Assembly: GCF_009914755.1 (NCBI RefSeq)
Contig: NC_060935.1
Reading direction: 5' to 3' (one strand)
Length of the DNA: 64,000 bases
Source: the human T2T-CHM13v2.0 reference genome, Homo sapiens
Program-made: the position numbers and the translations under genes
Part shown: piece after piece, positions 13,640 through 30,650 of the stretch
How positions within the stretch are numbered: position 1 is the stretch's first letter
How the letters are laid out: every line of letters begins with the position of its first letter
The notes under the pieces: model-generated
Database searches by the model: none
Seen by the model: only the letters and a program-made list of their open reading frames with translations
Told to the model about the DNA's origin: nothing

Positions 13640-15720
13640 TTTTATTCATTAGACAAATGTGTTGAACACCTTCTCTGTTCTGAGCTGTTTTAAGTGCCAA
13701 GAATTCATCAATCAATAAAAGATGTAAGATACATGTCCTTATGAAATTTATAGTCTAGTGAGGGAGTTGGAAGCAAAAAGAAAATAAGAGGGAAAGGATA
13801 GGAAAATAAAAACAAAATCACAATTTAAAAGTGAAACAAGGTGATGCTTTAGAGAATAACTGGGTGCGACATGGAGAGAATTTTCGTGAGACTAGAGCAG
13901 AGCAAGCACAGGGCAGGGCTCACACATGTGTGGGTGTGAGAGAGTGTATGTGAGTCTGGGGTGTGTTTGTGTGTGGGGGTGCGTGTGTATGTGTGTATGT
14001 GTGTGTGAATGTATGTGTGTGTGTGGTGCCTGTGTGCCTGTGTGTGTGTGGTGACTGTGTGTGTATGTATGTGTGTGTATGTGTGTGGGGTGTGTGTGTA
14101 TGTATGTGTGTGGGGTGTGTGTGTGTATCTGTGTGTGTGTATATGTGTATGGATGTATGTGTATGTGTATAGGCATGTGTGTATGTGTGTGGGGTGTGTG
14201 TGTATGTGTGTGGGGGTGTATGTGTGTGGGGGTGTATGTGTGTGTATATGTGTGGGGGTGTATGTGTGTGTATGTGTGGAGGGGAGTGAGTGTGTGTGTA
14301 TGTGTGTGTATGTGTGGAGGGGTGTGAGTGTGTGTGTGTGTGTGGAGGGGTGTGTGTGTGTTTGTGTGGTGTGTGTATGTGTGTGGGGGGGCTGTATGTG
14401 TGTGTATGTATGTGTGGGGGTGTGTATGTGTGGGACGTGTGTGTGTAGGTATGTGTCTGTATATGTGTGTATGTGTGTGGGGGGAGTGTGTGAGTGTGTG
14501 TGTACGTGTATGTGTGTTTGTGGTGGGGGATGGTAGTGGTCATAAGAAGAAGCCAAACAGGTAGTTTAAGGCCCAGTCCTGCAAGAGATGTTTGAATTTC
14601 ATGCAAAGTGCTCTCAGACAACATTTCAGGATTTTGACCTTGCAAGTGATGTGACATGATCTGACTTTGTTTTTAAAAGATGACTACTGAATAGAGAACA
14701 CATTGTTGCAGAAGGGATGCAAAAATGGAAGCATGGAGGGTGCAGAGGGCATGTTTGTAGTTAAGGCAGGAAGCACCAGTGGCTAGGATGTTGGCAACAG
14801 TACAGGAGAGGGAGAGACAAGGAAAGATTTGGGATGAGTTCTGGGGGTAAGGACCCCAGGGCTTCCTACTAGATCAGCTATTCAAAATGAAGGAAGGTGA
14901 AGAATTAAGAATGACACCTAGATTTTTTTCTATGTGCTACAATGAGATGGATAGCCATGTCAGTCACTGAGACTGAGTGAATTAGGGCAGAAACTATGTA
15001 AGGTTCACAGGAAAATGCAGGATTCTGCTTTGGACTTAAATTTGAGATATTTACTAGACACTCAATAGAGATGCCCAGTAGACAGATTTGACACGTATGT
15101 GAGCATGAACGCATGAATGTGTTTGAAGTTTGAGGAATATCAGTAGCAATAGTAAAAGCAGTAATAATAGCAGCAGTGGAAGCCACTCATGTCTGTTGAG
15201 TACCCCTTAAGTGTGATCATAGATATCATTAACATCCTAACTACAGAAATGAGGAAACTGAGATTAAGTAAATGGCCCAAGGTCATCCAGTTACCAAGTG
15301 ACAGAGCTAGGATTGAAACCCAGATTGTCTGGTTCCCATGTTCATGCTCTTAACCATTCTACTAAATATGAATTTGTGAGTCAGCATCATATCGCTGATG
15401 TGTAAAGCCAGAAGACCAGTTAGGATTATTTATTAAAAAGTAGAGACAGAAGAAAAGGCGTTCTAGGACCTGACTCTTCAATAAGCCAACACTTAGGAAT
15501 TAAGAAGAAAAAGGAGAACCTCAGATAGAACTGAAAACAAGTTTCTTGGAGGCAGGAAAGAACCCATGACAATGTGAGGTCCTAGAAGTCAAGAAAAGTG
15601 GTTCGAAAAGAAGCTCATGAGCAACCGTTTCCAGTTAAATGAGGATCAAAAAATGATCGATGAATTTGGTAACGCATTATTCAATACAGCCCTTGATAAA
15701 GTTTCAGCCGAGTGGTAAGT
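13640..15720 (-). mobile_element. Fragmented L2, interrupted by the TG tract and a MIR (~15190-15360)
   Basis: ttattcattagacaaatgtgttgaacacc; gtgacatgatctgactttgtttttaaaagat; tttgagatatttactagacactcaatagagatg. Confidence 0.7.
13926..14530. repeat. ~600-bp compound (TG)n/(TATG)n/G-run tract
   Basis: Directly visible; source of the His/Thr- and Val/Cys-rich ORFs. Confidence 0.97.
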
Positions 15721-15889
15721 TGCTTGAGAAAAGGAAGAAAGGTGAGGCCAAAAAACACAGCTGGGAGGAGGGGGTTTGATGGCAGGTGAGGCACTTTGTC
15801 TACATGGCAGGGGATGCCTGTGGATGGTGGGGCACAGCCTTCTAGTCATCTGCTCTTCAGGTACTGCTCCTGTTCTCCTCTTGACTCAG

Positions 15890-16295
15890 TTATCTATTAA
15901 TTATCTATTGCTGCATACCCCAGGCTTAGTAGTTTAAAACAACAGTAATCATTTGTTGTCTCTCATGGTGTCTGTGGGTCAGGGATTTGGAATGCCTTGG
16001 TTGACTGTTTCTGTCTCAGTGTTATAAGGTTGTGGCCAAATGCCAGCTGGGGCTGCAACCATCAGAAAGTTTGCTTGGGGCTGGAGGACCTGATTCAAGT
16101 TGGCTCACTCTCGCAACTGGAAATTGGTTCCTCCATCTGTGGGTGTCTCCAGAGGGCTGCCTAATTATCCTCACAACAAAAGACCAAGACAGAAGCTGCA
16201 ACGCTGTAAATGAACTAGTGTCAGAGGAAATGACACAAGGCCATGCATTCCAGGAGTTGAGAATCATTCATGACCATCTTGGAGGCTGTCAACCA
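15890..16295 (-). mobile_element. MLT1 (MaLR) LTR
   Basis: ttatctattgctgcata...ggcttagtagtttaaaacaac...ctcatggtgtctgtgggtcagggatttgg. Confidence 0.75.
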
Positions 16296-16774
16296 CACCC
16301 ACTCTTTATTGAGCAACTCCTAATTTTATTAAGGATAGCCACGGACCTAGCTAAATACACTCAACAATCTAGGCTCTCTTGTAGCTCAAGAGCCCATCCC
16401 ATTCAATGAGAACTCCAGCCCACATTGAAAGCAGGCTCAGCTGACATGTGCCTCTTTTCCATTTGCCTTCACTTTCCCTCACCCTCTTTTCCTTGTCTGA
16501 AACACAGACACAGTGGAGGAGTAGCAGCAGGCCTACATCATGAAGGCAAAACTCATTTGCTAAAGATGGTTCTGGAAGGCCCTCCCTTTTCCTGGTGAAC
16601 AAATATTCCACATTCAACACTCAGCTTGGGGGTGCTTCTTCAGTCGTCTTCCTGACAAATATGTAATAACCAACATACATACATGTCACATAAAGGGAAT
16701 ATCCCTACCTTTTTAAATACTTCTCTGCACTTGGTGAAAGTCATTGCAACATGTGTTTTTGTTTGGAGTTCTAG

Positions 16775-16883
16775 CTTCCATTATTAGACTCTAAGACCTT
16801 TGAAGGCAAAGACAGTATCTCATTTGTCTCTGTATCACCAGAGCCTAGCACATAGTAAGCACTCCACAAAAATCTGCTAAATG
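16775..16883 (+). mobile_element. L2 3' end
   Basis: tagactctaagacctttgaaggcaaagac...cctagcacatagtaagcactc. Confidence 0.7.
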
Positions 16884-18102
16884 TGCAAATGGTTCTAGTT
16901 TGTGTCTATTCAGGAGAGAGCCGAGGGTTAACACAATCCATTTCTGGCAGGCTTATCCATCCCTGTAAAAGCCTACGGAAGGCTCATTATGAAGGACAAT
17001 GTTCTGTAATGAAGTCTTCTTGCATATCTTTGGTAATAATCATCATAGAGGGAGAAAATGAGCATCTCTCTGTAATATTTATATTTCCTAGCAGCAAAGA
17101 CATTCTCTTCTGTAATTCTGCCTGTAAAAGCAGCAAGGAAGCCAAGAATATACAAGTTCTCCATGGTAACTGGGTCACAGTAGCTTGCAGCTTGGCCAGG
17201 GCTTCAGATAAATGGAATAAATGGAGGTGAGCTTCCAGCAGCAGGAACTGTGTGGGAGAGTGGAGCTTGCACTGAACAATCTCTCCCCACTGGGACCCAC
17301 AGTCCCCAGCACAAGTGCTCTGTGCATCGTCACTGCAGGGGGCAGTGGAAGCATGGCCTGATGGCATTTGTATCTTTCTCACTACCTCACAGTGCTGCGC
17401 TGACATCTCAGTTTCATCAAATCAACAGGCCACTTTTTAAAAATGCCTCGTATGCTCTGAATGTTAACCCAAGAAGGAGATTTTACCCCAAACCACCAGG
17501 GGATTCTTTCTATGTATCCTTAGGCTCTTAGATCATTTCTCTCAACTGCAAACTAGCGAGCCAGCTCCCTTCACTAGGCTTGGAAGAGGAACCATATTAA
17601 GCATCTGGTTAGAGAGAACAGCTGTTTAATGCACGGCAATGAAAAATTCTCATTCAAATCAGTCAACTCTTCCATTAAGGACAAGGGGTGCCAAACAGCA
17701 AATGCCAAGTGAATGACCTTTGGCAAAGCCATTCCCAGGGGCAGATTCCCAGCCAATGTGCAGCTTTGTGAAAACTTGTGAAAATAAATTTGTGAATGTG
17801 TGAAAATTCATGAAAAGGAAGAAAATCAATTGAAGGACAGAAAAAGAGCCCTCGAGCTACTGTGGACACAGAAACTACCTCTTCTGGATGCTACTCCCTT
17901 ATGGGGAAAGACCCAATCTGTAAGTGAGGCAGCCCTACCAATTCCACAAATATGAAAGAGTGATCACTAAGGAAACCTAATTAGGTCAAGGATCCATTTC
18001 CCTCCCTATTGGTGCAGGGCATGAAATAATGAAACTGACAAGGAGACTGCATTTTTCAGAGTAGGTGCTTCTCCACTATCACTGGAGCCAAAATTCATAA
18101 TT

Positions 18103-18385
18103 GCAGTAGCTCATGCCTATAATCTCAGCACTTTGGGAGGCCGAGGTGGGAAAATCACTTAAGCCTGGGAGTTCGAGACCAGCCTGTGCAACATGGCTGG
18201 ATTCTGTCTCTACAAAAAATTTTTAAAATAGTAGGGCATAGTGGTGTGCACCTGTGGTCCCAGCTACTCAGAAGAATGAGGCTGGACAATCACTTGAGCC
18301 CAGGAGATCGAGGCTGCAGTGAGCCAAGATCATGTCACTGCACTCCAGCCTTGGTGACAGAGTGAAACTCTGTCACACAAAAAAA
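18103..18385 (+). mobile_element. AluJ, slightly 5'-truncated
   Basis: J diagnostics cacttgagcccaggag..cgaggctgcagtgagc; approximate TSD aaa(t/a)tcataat. Confidence 0.9.
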
Positions 18386-19921
18386 TCATAATCCATAACT
18401 ACGTAAAGGAATGGCTTTACATAAGGCCCAAAAGTCATGGCACAGATGAAAATCCAAACAGAACACTGTATTTGTAGAGAAGTTAACAGCACTCTCTACA
18501 ATCTAAGGCCAATTACCTGCAGGAGCCATCAGTGAACTTGCCAGGCCTCAGGTATGTAGCTGAGCCATCCCTGGAACACGTAGCAGGAAGGATGGGAGAG
18601 ATGAAGGACTTCAGCTGATGGAGAGGAGCCTGCTCGGGCCTGTGGGAGGGGACGACTGGCCTACATTTACCAGCAGACAGACCCAACATGCAGCAGCAAT
18701 CATATTCATAAAATCATAATCACAGAGTCAGAAACATTAGTGATAGAGAGAGATGGATTGGGTCAGGTAGCCTGCCTCCTGCCTTTGTAGCTTTGCTCCC
18801 CAGGTCAATTCCTTGGCCCAGTTTTTACCCTGTTTAATTTGCAAGGAGAAGCTACCAGAACAGAATGCTTTCTGGAATCTGTTGTCAAGGAGAGAGTAAA
18901 TTAAGAGGAATTGGACCTCTTCACATAGGAGCGAAAAGAGCCCAGGGGATATGGAAAAGCAGGAAGATGAAACAATAGGCATTTCTCAGTGACCCTGTGG
19001 CCTGTCCTCTTCAGTCCTTGCTGGCCCCAGATGTGATAGGTAGCAAAGACATGCACCCTTTGCATCTGCCCAGCTCAGCCTCACATTCTCCCTTATCAAG
19101 ATTGAATGTGTTCTCAGAATCTCAGGCCTCACTATTTGGAGGAACCAGAAATTTTTCTGCAGTGGCCCCCAAATGGCTGGCCACTGCGGAAAACTTCTAG
19201 CCTCCCTTCCTGAACAGATTGTTGCTATCCATCATTCATATAGCTGGTCTTCTGTCTCAGTTCCCTGTTTATGCTCCTGTCCTCACCAGGGTGGAGCACC
19301 ACCCTGAACCAGCATATGTTATTGGAACCAGGACACATATCTGGTTCCTGTGGGCCTGTCTTCCAAAGTCGTGGATTGCAGTCACTATGGTGTAAAACGC
19401 CTAGTCATACCTGGCACCTCAACTGTGTGGCCACCTGATGAAAGGCATAATCCCCTGGTCACAAAATAACTGTCCCCCTTGGGTTCTAGCACCCTCTTTC
19501 TTAGCCACAGCTGCCATGTTCTCTCCATTACCATTACTGGAAATACTGCTCCCACCTGCCATACTGCTAGTTATTTCACCAGCCCTAGGTTTCTGTGCTT
19601 TCTTCTTCCCTTCTCTCCACCAGCCCTGAGGTCCCTGCCTGAGTCACAACAGATTCCACTGGAGAGAAGCAAAGGTTGGGTTTTGGAGAGTTCTTTATGA
19701 AAGCCCTCCAAATACATAAGCCCCCACTAAGACCTATGAAGGCCTGAGGGCTGGCCTAAATCTCCAGTTATTAGATAGGCTTGCTTCTCCTCTTCTCCTA
19801 TTGCATTTTTCTTAAGTGAGTCAGTGAGTGTACAGAAACAAAGGAGTTATTCGGAGCGATTTTAAAATGTGTGCTATACATGGAACTCTGAAGAGCTGCT
19901 TCAAGAAATTCATTAACCTCT

Positions 19922-20320
19922 TGCTATGGGCTGAACTGTAACTGTGCCCCACCCCCATTCTAACCTCCAGCATCTCAGAATATGACTGTTTGGAGACAGG
20001 GTCTTTAAGGGGGTGATTAAGTTACAATGAGGCCATTAGGGTGGGCCAAATCCAATCTGACTGATGTCCTTATTAGATGAGATTAGGACACACAAAGAGA
20101 CACCAGAGATGCAGGAGCACAGAGAAAAGAACATGTGAAGAGGCTGCAAGAGGGCAGCCATCTGCAAGTTAAAGAGATATCTCAAAGAAAACCAGGCCTG
20201 CATGCGCCTTGCACTTGAACTTCCAGCCTCCAGAAACGTGAAAAAAAAAAATATTTCTGTTGTTTAAGCTACCCATTATGTAATATTTTGTTATGACAGC
20301 CTGCCCAAACTAATAATACA
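19922..20320 (+). mobile_element. MLT1A/A0-like solo LTR
   Basis: tgctatgggctgaac...tttggagacagggtctttaag...ttccagcctccagaa...ctaataataca. Confidence 0.85.
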
Positions 20321-20474
20321 CCTCCTTTCAGCACAGAAAACTCATGTAACATGCAGTATTTTGCCAAACATTGTATGGCTATTGAATTCAAATGTACGTT
20401 ATATATGAACAGGTATATATACAGATATTTCATCTGTATACATTTATGATAGAGTGACACACAGACAAATCCAT

Positions 20475-20620
20475 CTGTGTGACCCTGTGCAAGTAACCTA
20501 ACCTCTTTTCGCCCCAGTTTTCTCATCTGTGAAATGGAGATGCTAAGAGTATCTACCTCAAATGGTTATTGTGAAGATGTGTAGAATCCTTAAAAGTACT
20601 TGACGCTATCAGCACTATGT
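20475..20620 (+). mobile_element. MIR
   Basis: tgtgtgaccctgtgcaagtaacctaacctc...cagttttctcatctgtgaaatggagatg. Confidence 0.8.
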
Positions 20621-20773
20621 AAGATACATATACACACTCTCATGTTTTTAGCATGTACACTATATTTACATGCAAATTTCAAATCAAAGAGCCATACTCT
20701 TGAAGTTCAAAAAATCTTAGAAATCATATAGCTTTTCTCAGCATTAAGCCACCTTTAAAAAAGTGCTACTTCC

Positions 20774-21412
20774 CTTTTACACTGTTGGTGGGACTGTAAA
20801 CTAGTTCAACCATTGTGGAAGTCAGTGTGGCGATTCCTCAGGGATCTAGAACTAGAAATACCATTTGACCCAGCCATCCCATTACTGGGTATATACCCAA
20901 AGGACTATAAATCATGCTGCTATAAAGACACATGCACACGTATGTTTATTGCGGCACTATTCACAATAGCAAAGACTTGGAACCAACCCAAATGTCCAAC
21001 AATGATAGACTGGATTAAGAAAATGTGGCACATATATACCATGGAATACTATGCGGCCATAAAAAAGGATGAGTTCATGTCCTTTGTAGGGACATGGATG
21101 AAGCTGGAAACCATCATTCTCAGCAAACTATCACAAGGACAAAAACCCAAACACCGCATGTTCTCACTCATAGGTGGGAATTGAACAATGAGAACTCATG
21201 GACACAGGAATGAGAACATCACACACAGGGGACTGTTTTGGGGTGGAGGGAGCAGGGATGGATAGCATTACGAGATATACCAAATGCTAAATGACGAGTT
21301 AATGGGTGCAGCACACCAACATGGCACATGTATACATATGTAACAAACCTGCATGTTGTGCACATGTACCCTAAAATTTAAAGTATAATAATAAAAAAAT
21401 TAAAAAAAATTA
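20774..21412 (+). mobile_element. 5'-truncated L1PA4/5-like 3' end
   Basis: ORF2 C-terminus (...MFSLIGGN), 3'UTR and A-tail; 17-bp TSD aaaaaagtg(c/t)tacttcc at 20757-20773 and 21413-21429. Confidence 0.95.
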
Positions 21413-23570
21413 AAAAAAGTGTTACTTCCATGAATCCCATTGTTTGAAATATTTTATCTACTAAACAAATTGCATTTGTTTTCCCAATTTTTAAAATTGA
21501 ATGCAAGTGTCCTTTTAATCTGAGTATCCATTATGCTGAATTAATATGATTTTTGTCAAAAATAGGTAAATTGACCACTTATCTTTGGGCTTTTATAAGA
21601 TTTTTAAACACTGGCAATAATACATGGACTCTCATGTTCACCCTGTGGTTCCCAGGTTTCCCAGGTTGGATACCACAGATAACAGAGTGCAACCCAATGG
21701 TTTTCAAATGAGGACTCAGAGCCAGAGTGAGTTGCCCAAGATGGCTCTTAAAGCCAAGTCCCCATACACCCATCTCAAGCTCCCTGGCCCACAACACATT
21801 CCTGGCTGCACATTCTTTTCCCCAGTTAGCCTGTGCTGCACCAGGTAGTTCCAGAAGTACACAGGGATTAGAGCCACAGAGAATCCACTCTTCCTGCACA
21901 GTGGTACAGATGTCTCCTTTCATCTCAGACTGAGAGAGGTAGTAGCACACTGGGGATGAGGACTTCAGGAAAGAGGGAAGAGGTTATCAGTCCAGCCGAA
22001 CTTGGAGTGAGATGCTTCTTGGAGTGGGAAGCCTTCTGGGGCTAGGCATACCTTCTGTGTTGGAAGCAACTGTCATTCTGGAAAGCTTGGAACAGTCAAG
22101 ATATGGCTAAGAGAAGAGGGCAAAGCTGTCCCTGTTTTTAAATGTAAGATTGAGAGAGGAGAGCACTCTTAACCTCCAACATGAGGAATGGAGGCAAAGT
22201 TCAAGACAGAAGCAAATTCATCGGGAATGAACATATGTTTTTCTGGAGTGTGTGCTGTGTTTTTATTCTCAGGTGCTGTGTATTGTAGGTGTAATGCCCA
22301 AAGACAGGGAACATAGACTGATGTATTAAGGTAATCATTGACTTTAGGAAAGAGTATTACCTGTCTACTTATTTTTTATTTTCATTATAAAATCTCTTGG
22401 GGTGCATAGAGTAATTTACTTGTAAAGATTTTGATTTACAGATGAAGACCCTTTGAAAACATATCTAAAAGGGAAATACTTTATCAAATGTATGCATATA
22501 TTTCTGAGATAATAGCAAATAGAATTGCTTATTCATTTTTAAATATATGGAGGGTTTTCAAGTAAAATAATGGAAGGTATTTAAAGTTGAAGACAATTAG
22601 CAAGTTAGAAATTCAGCAAGTTTGCAGAATATACTCACATGTAAAGTAAAAGATTAACTATGCTAAAATGAAGGTCAAGGCATGTGAAATGATATAATAC
22701 AGTATATAATAAATTTGGCTGTATTCAAATAGACTTAGAATCAAATACCAATTGTTCTAAGTTTAAACTGTGTTCTTCCATAATTTACATACATTTTCTA
22801 AATCTCAATTTTTCAAGCTTAAAATAGGTTAAAATACCATTTCTAACTATAAGATAGGGAATGATTCAATGAAACAGTGCAAAGGAAAGTACAGAGAATA
22901 GAGTGGCTGGCACACAGTAGGTGCTTAATAAGTGCAGTGTATGATGATGGTGAGGAAGAGGAAGATGAGAAAGATGAAGAACAGGAAGACAAGTGAAGAG
23001 ACAGATAACGGGATACACAACACATCCTTAACATGAGCCCCCCAAAGAGTCACTCACATCAAAGATCTTCTTGTTCTAAGCAAAAATCTAACAGCAACAT
23101 TGGGGGAATAAAGTCCTTAAAAATAGAAAACAAAAATACAGATGTTCTAAACTCAACAGTGAACATGGTGAGTGAATCCTTTCCACTTACCATTTAATGA
23201 CTTGTTAAATAATAGTTGATAACTGTTGTCTTTATCATCAAGATAATACTGCTTGAGCCTAGTAAAGTTCTTAAGTTTGTTTGTGGTCATTCTTTGGCTT
23301 CTAAGATTAACTGGTTTTGATTTACAGTTGCGCTTATTACCCATGGTTGCTTCAAGAGGCTGAAGAAAGGCTGCATCCACCAGTGAAGAAGCAAAATGTA
23401 TGCTGAGACCAAGAGAATATAATTTGGGTTAAATATAAAAGTCAGTGATTATCCTAATTGAAAAATAAAGGACTACTCATCAGCTGAACATGTATCAAAT
23501 GTTCAGGCATTTTTTTTTCACAAGGAGATAGAGCACATCAAAACAAAATGCACAGAATTAGTTCTTAATA

Positions 23571-24461
23571 GGGAGAGGAGCCAAGATGGCCGAATAGGAA
23601 CAGCCCTGGTCTACAGCTCCCAGCCTGAGTGACGCAGAAGACGGGTGATTTCTGCATTTCCATCTGAGGTAACGGGTTCATCACACAAGGGAGTGCCAGA
23701 CAGTGGGCTCAGGTCAGTGGGTGCATGAGCCAAAAAAGGGCGAGGCATTGCCTCACTCAGGAAGTGCAAGGGGTCAGGGAGTTCCCTTTCCTAGTCAAAG
23801 AAAGGGGTGACAGACGGCACCTGGAAAATCGGGTCACTCCCACCCAAATACTGCGCTTTTCCGACGGGCTTAAAAAACGGATCACCAGGATATTATATCC
23901 CACACGTGGCTCGGAGGGTCCTATGCCCACGGAATCTCGCTGATTGCTAGCACAGCAGTCTGAGCTCAAACTGCAAGGCAGCAGCGAGGCTGGGGAAGGG
24001 GCGCGCACCATTGCCCAGGCTTGCTTAGGTAAACAAAGCAGCCAGAAAGCTCGAACTGGGTGGAGCCCACCACAGCTCAAGGAGGCCTGCCTGCCTCTGT
24101 AGGCTCCACCTCTGGGGGCAGGGCACAGACAAACAAAAAGACAGCAGTAACCTCTGCAGACTTAAATGTCCCTGTCTGACAGCTTTGAAGAGAGCAGTGG
24201 TTCTCCCAGTACGCAGCTGGAGATCTGAGAACAGGCAGACTGCCTCCTCAAGTGGGTCCCTGACCCCTGACCCCCAAGCAGCCTAACTGGGAGGCACCCC
24301 CCAGCAGGGGCAGACTGACACCTCACAGGGCCGGGTACTCCAACAGACCTGCAGCTGAGGGTCCTGTTAGAAGGAAAACTAACAAACAGAAAGGACATCC
24401 GCACAAAAAACCCATCTGTACATCACCATCCTCAAAGACCAAAAGCAGATAAAACACAAAG
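23571..24461 (+). promoter_or_regulatory. L1 5'UTR internal sense/antisense promoter
   Basis: Intact YY1 motif caagatggc near the 5' end; local CpG enrichment; ~890 bp long. Confidence 0.8.
23757..24011 (-). CDS. L1 antisense ORF0, open frame of 84 aa (expression unknown)
   Basis: MVRAPSPASLLPCSLSSDCCASNQRDSVGIGPSEP... is homologous to primate L1 ORF0; ATG at 24011. Confidence 0.5.
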   Translation of the reverse strand: MVRAPSPASLLPCSLSSDCCASNQRDSVGIGPSEPRVGYNILVIRFLSPSEKRSIWVGVTRFSRCRLSPLSLTRKGNSLTPCTS

Positions 24462-25477
24462 ATGGGGAAAAAAACAGCAGAAAAACTGGAAACTCTAAAA
24501 AGCAGAGCGCCTCTCCTCCTCCAAAGGAACGCAGTCCCTCACCAGCAATGGAACAAAGCTGGACGGAGAATGACTTTGACGAGCTGAGAGAAGAAGGCTT
24601 CAGACGATCAAATTACTCTGAGCTACAGGAGGACATTCAAACCAAAGGCAAAGAAGTTGAAAACTTTGAAAAAAATTTAGAAGAATGTATAACTAGAATA
24701 ACCAATACAGAGAAGTGCTTAAAGGAGCTGATGGAGCTGAAAACCAAGGCTTGAGAACTACATGAAGAATGCAGAAGCCTCAGGAGCCGATGCAATCAAC
24801 TGGTAGAAAGGATATCAGTGATGGAAGATGAAATGAATGAAATGAAGCAAGAAGGGAAGTTTAGAGAAAAAAGAATAAAAAGAAACGAGTAAAGCCTTGA
24901 AGAAATATGGGACTATGTGAAAAGACCAAATCTACGTCTGATTGGTGTACCTGAAAGTGACGGGGAGAATGGAACCAAGTTGGAAAACACTATGCAGGAT
25001 ATTCTCCAGGAGAACTTCCCCAATCTAGCAAGGCAGGCCAACATTCAGATTCAGGAAATACAGAGAACACCACAAAGATACTCCTTGAGAAGAGCAACTC
25101 CAAGACACATAATTGTCAGATTCACCAAAGTTGAAATGGAGGAAAAAATGTTAAGGGCAGCCAGAGAGAAAGGTCGGGTTACCCTCAAAGGGAAGCCCAT
25201 CAGACTAACAGCGGATCTCTTGGCAATAACTCTACAAGCCAGAAGAGAGTGGGGACCAATATTCAACATTCTTAAAGAAAAGAATTTTCAACCCAGAATT
25301 TCATATCCAGCCAAACTAAGCTTCATAAGTGAAGGACAAATAAAATACTTTACAGAGAAGCAAATGCTGAGAGATTTTGTCACCACCAGCCCTGCCCTAA
25401 AAGAGCTCCTGAATGAAGCGCTAAACATGGAAAGGAACAACCGCTACCAGCCACTGCAAAATCATGCCAAAATGTAA
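24462..25477 (+). pseudogene. L1 ORF1p, disrupted
   Basis: Early frameshift, stops at 24752 and ~24890; fragments MEQSWTENDFDEL... and KRPNLRLIGVPE...NHAKM. Confidence 0.95.
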
Positions 25478-25540
25478 AGACCATCGAGACTAGGAAGAAA
25501 CTGCATGAAATAATGAGCAAAATAACCAGCTAACATCATA

Positions 25541-29412
<3,872 letters not shown>

Positions 29413-29904
29413 ACAATGAGAACACATGGACACAGGAAGGGGAACATCACACTCTGGGGCCTGTTGTGGGGTGCGAGGAGGGCAGAGGGATAGCATTGGG
29501 AGATATACCTAATGCTAGATGACGAGTTAGTGGGTGCAGCACACCAGCATGGCACATGTATACATATGTAACTAACCTGCACATTGTGCACATGTACCCT
29601 AAAACTTAAAGTATAATAATAAAAAAATAATAATAATAAAATAAAATAAAAAAGAATTAGTTCTTAATATCACTGCTCGGGAGAGCTGTCCAAACTGACC
29701 TAAGAATTAGTGTCTAGGTATTAAAAATTTTCATTCCAAATGATGAAAGGGAACACTGTCCCCCGACTCATGACAAGCAAGTTACTTTGTATTGCATGCA
29801 TTTACCTCATAAATAAGTGTTTATGACAGTCCAGGACTGGGGCAGGAGCTAACAGGTCTCACAGTGCTGTAGGAGAGAGGGGGTTCCAATTCACGGTTCT
29901 TTGT

Positions 29905-30650
29905 GTTTTTTGTTTGTTTGTTTGTTTGTTTTGAGTTATAATTTACATACAACCAAAAGCACAGACCTTAAGTGTTTAGTTTGATGTGTTTTGGCAAGCG
30001 TGAACACTCAAGTAGCTACCTCCCAGTTAAGAAATAGCATGTTTCCTTTCTCCCACAGAACTCCTTCAGGACTGGTCCAGTCAATTCCCCCACCATGTGG
30101 CTCCTGCCACCCCATGTCAAGGCAGCCACTGATCAATTTCTCCTACTATGACTTAGCGTTGACTGCTTTAGAACTTTACATTAATGGAATCATATACTAT
30201 GTAATCTTTTGTGGCTGGCTTCTTTTGCTTAACCTAATTTGTTTATTTTGAAGTTTATCCATGTTGTATATAAAACTGCGTATTTTCTTTTTATTGCTGA
30301 GTAATATTCCATGGATGAATACAGCATCATTTGTGTACCCAATCTTCCAATGGTAGTCCATGTACCCTGTTTCCCTGTATAACTATTATAAATAAAACAT
30401 TCTTGTACAAATCTTTTTGTGGACAGATCCACTCATTTCTCTTAAATAAATACCTAGGAGTGGAATTGCAGTGCCACAGTATAGGTGTGTGGCTAGCCTC
30501 TGAAGAAAGTGTCAGTTTTCCAAAGTGCTCACCCTGTTTTAAACTCTCTGCAGTGATTATCAACTTACAGGAGTTCCAGTTGCCCTGCCTCTTTGTCAAC
30601 ACTTAGTATTGTCAGTCACATTTATTTTAGCCATTGTAGTGTGAGTCAAG
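29905..30650 (-). mobile_element. Old L1MB/MC-type 3' end with (TTTG)n tail
   Basis: ttttgagttataatttacatac; atggaatcatatactatgtaatcttttgtggctggcttctttt; aaatacctaggagtggaattgc. Confidence 0.8.

Noticed and set aside
13849-14657. Long His/Thr-rich and Val/Cys-rich ORFs (up to 245 aa)
   Set aside because: Translations of the (TG)n/(CA)n tract, which lacks stop codons by composition.
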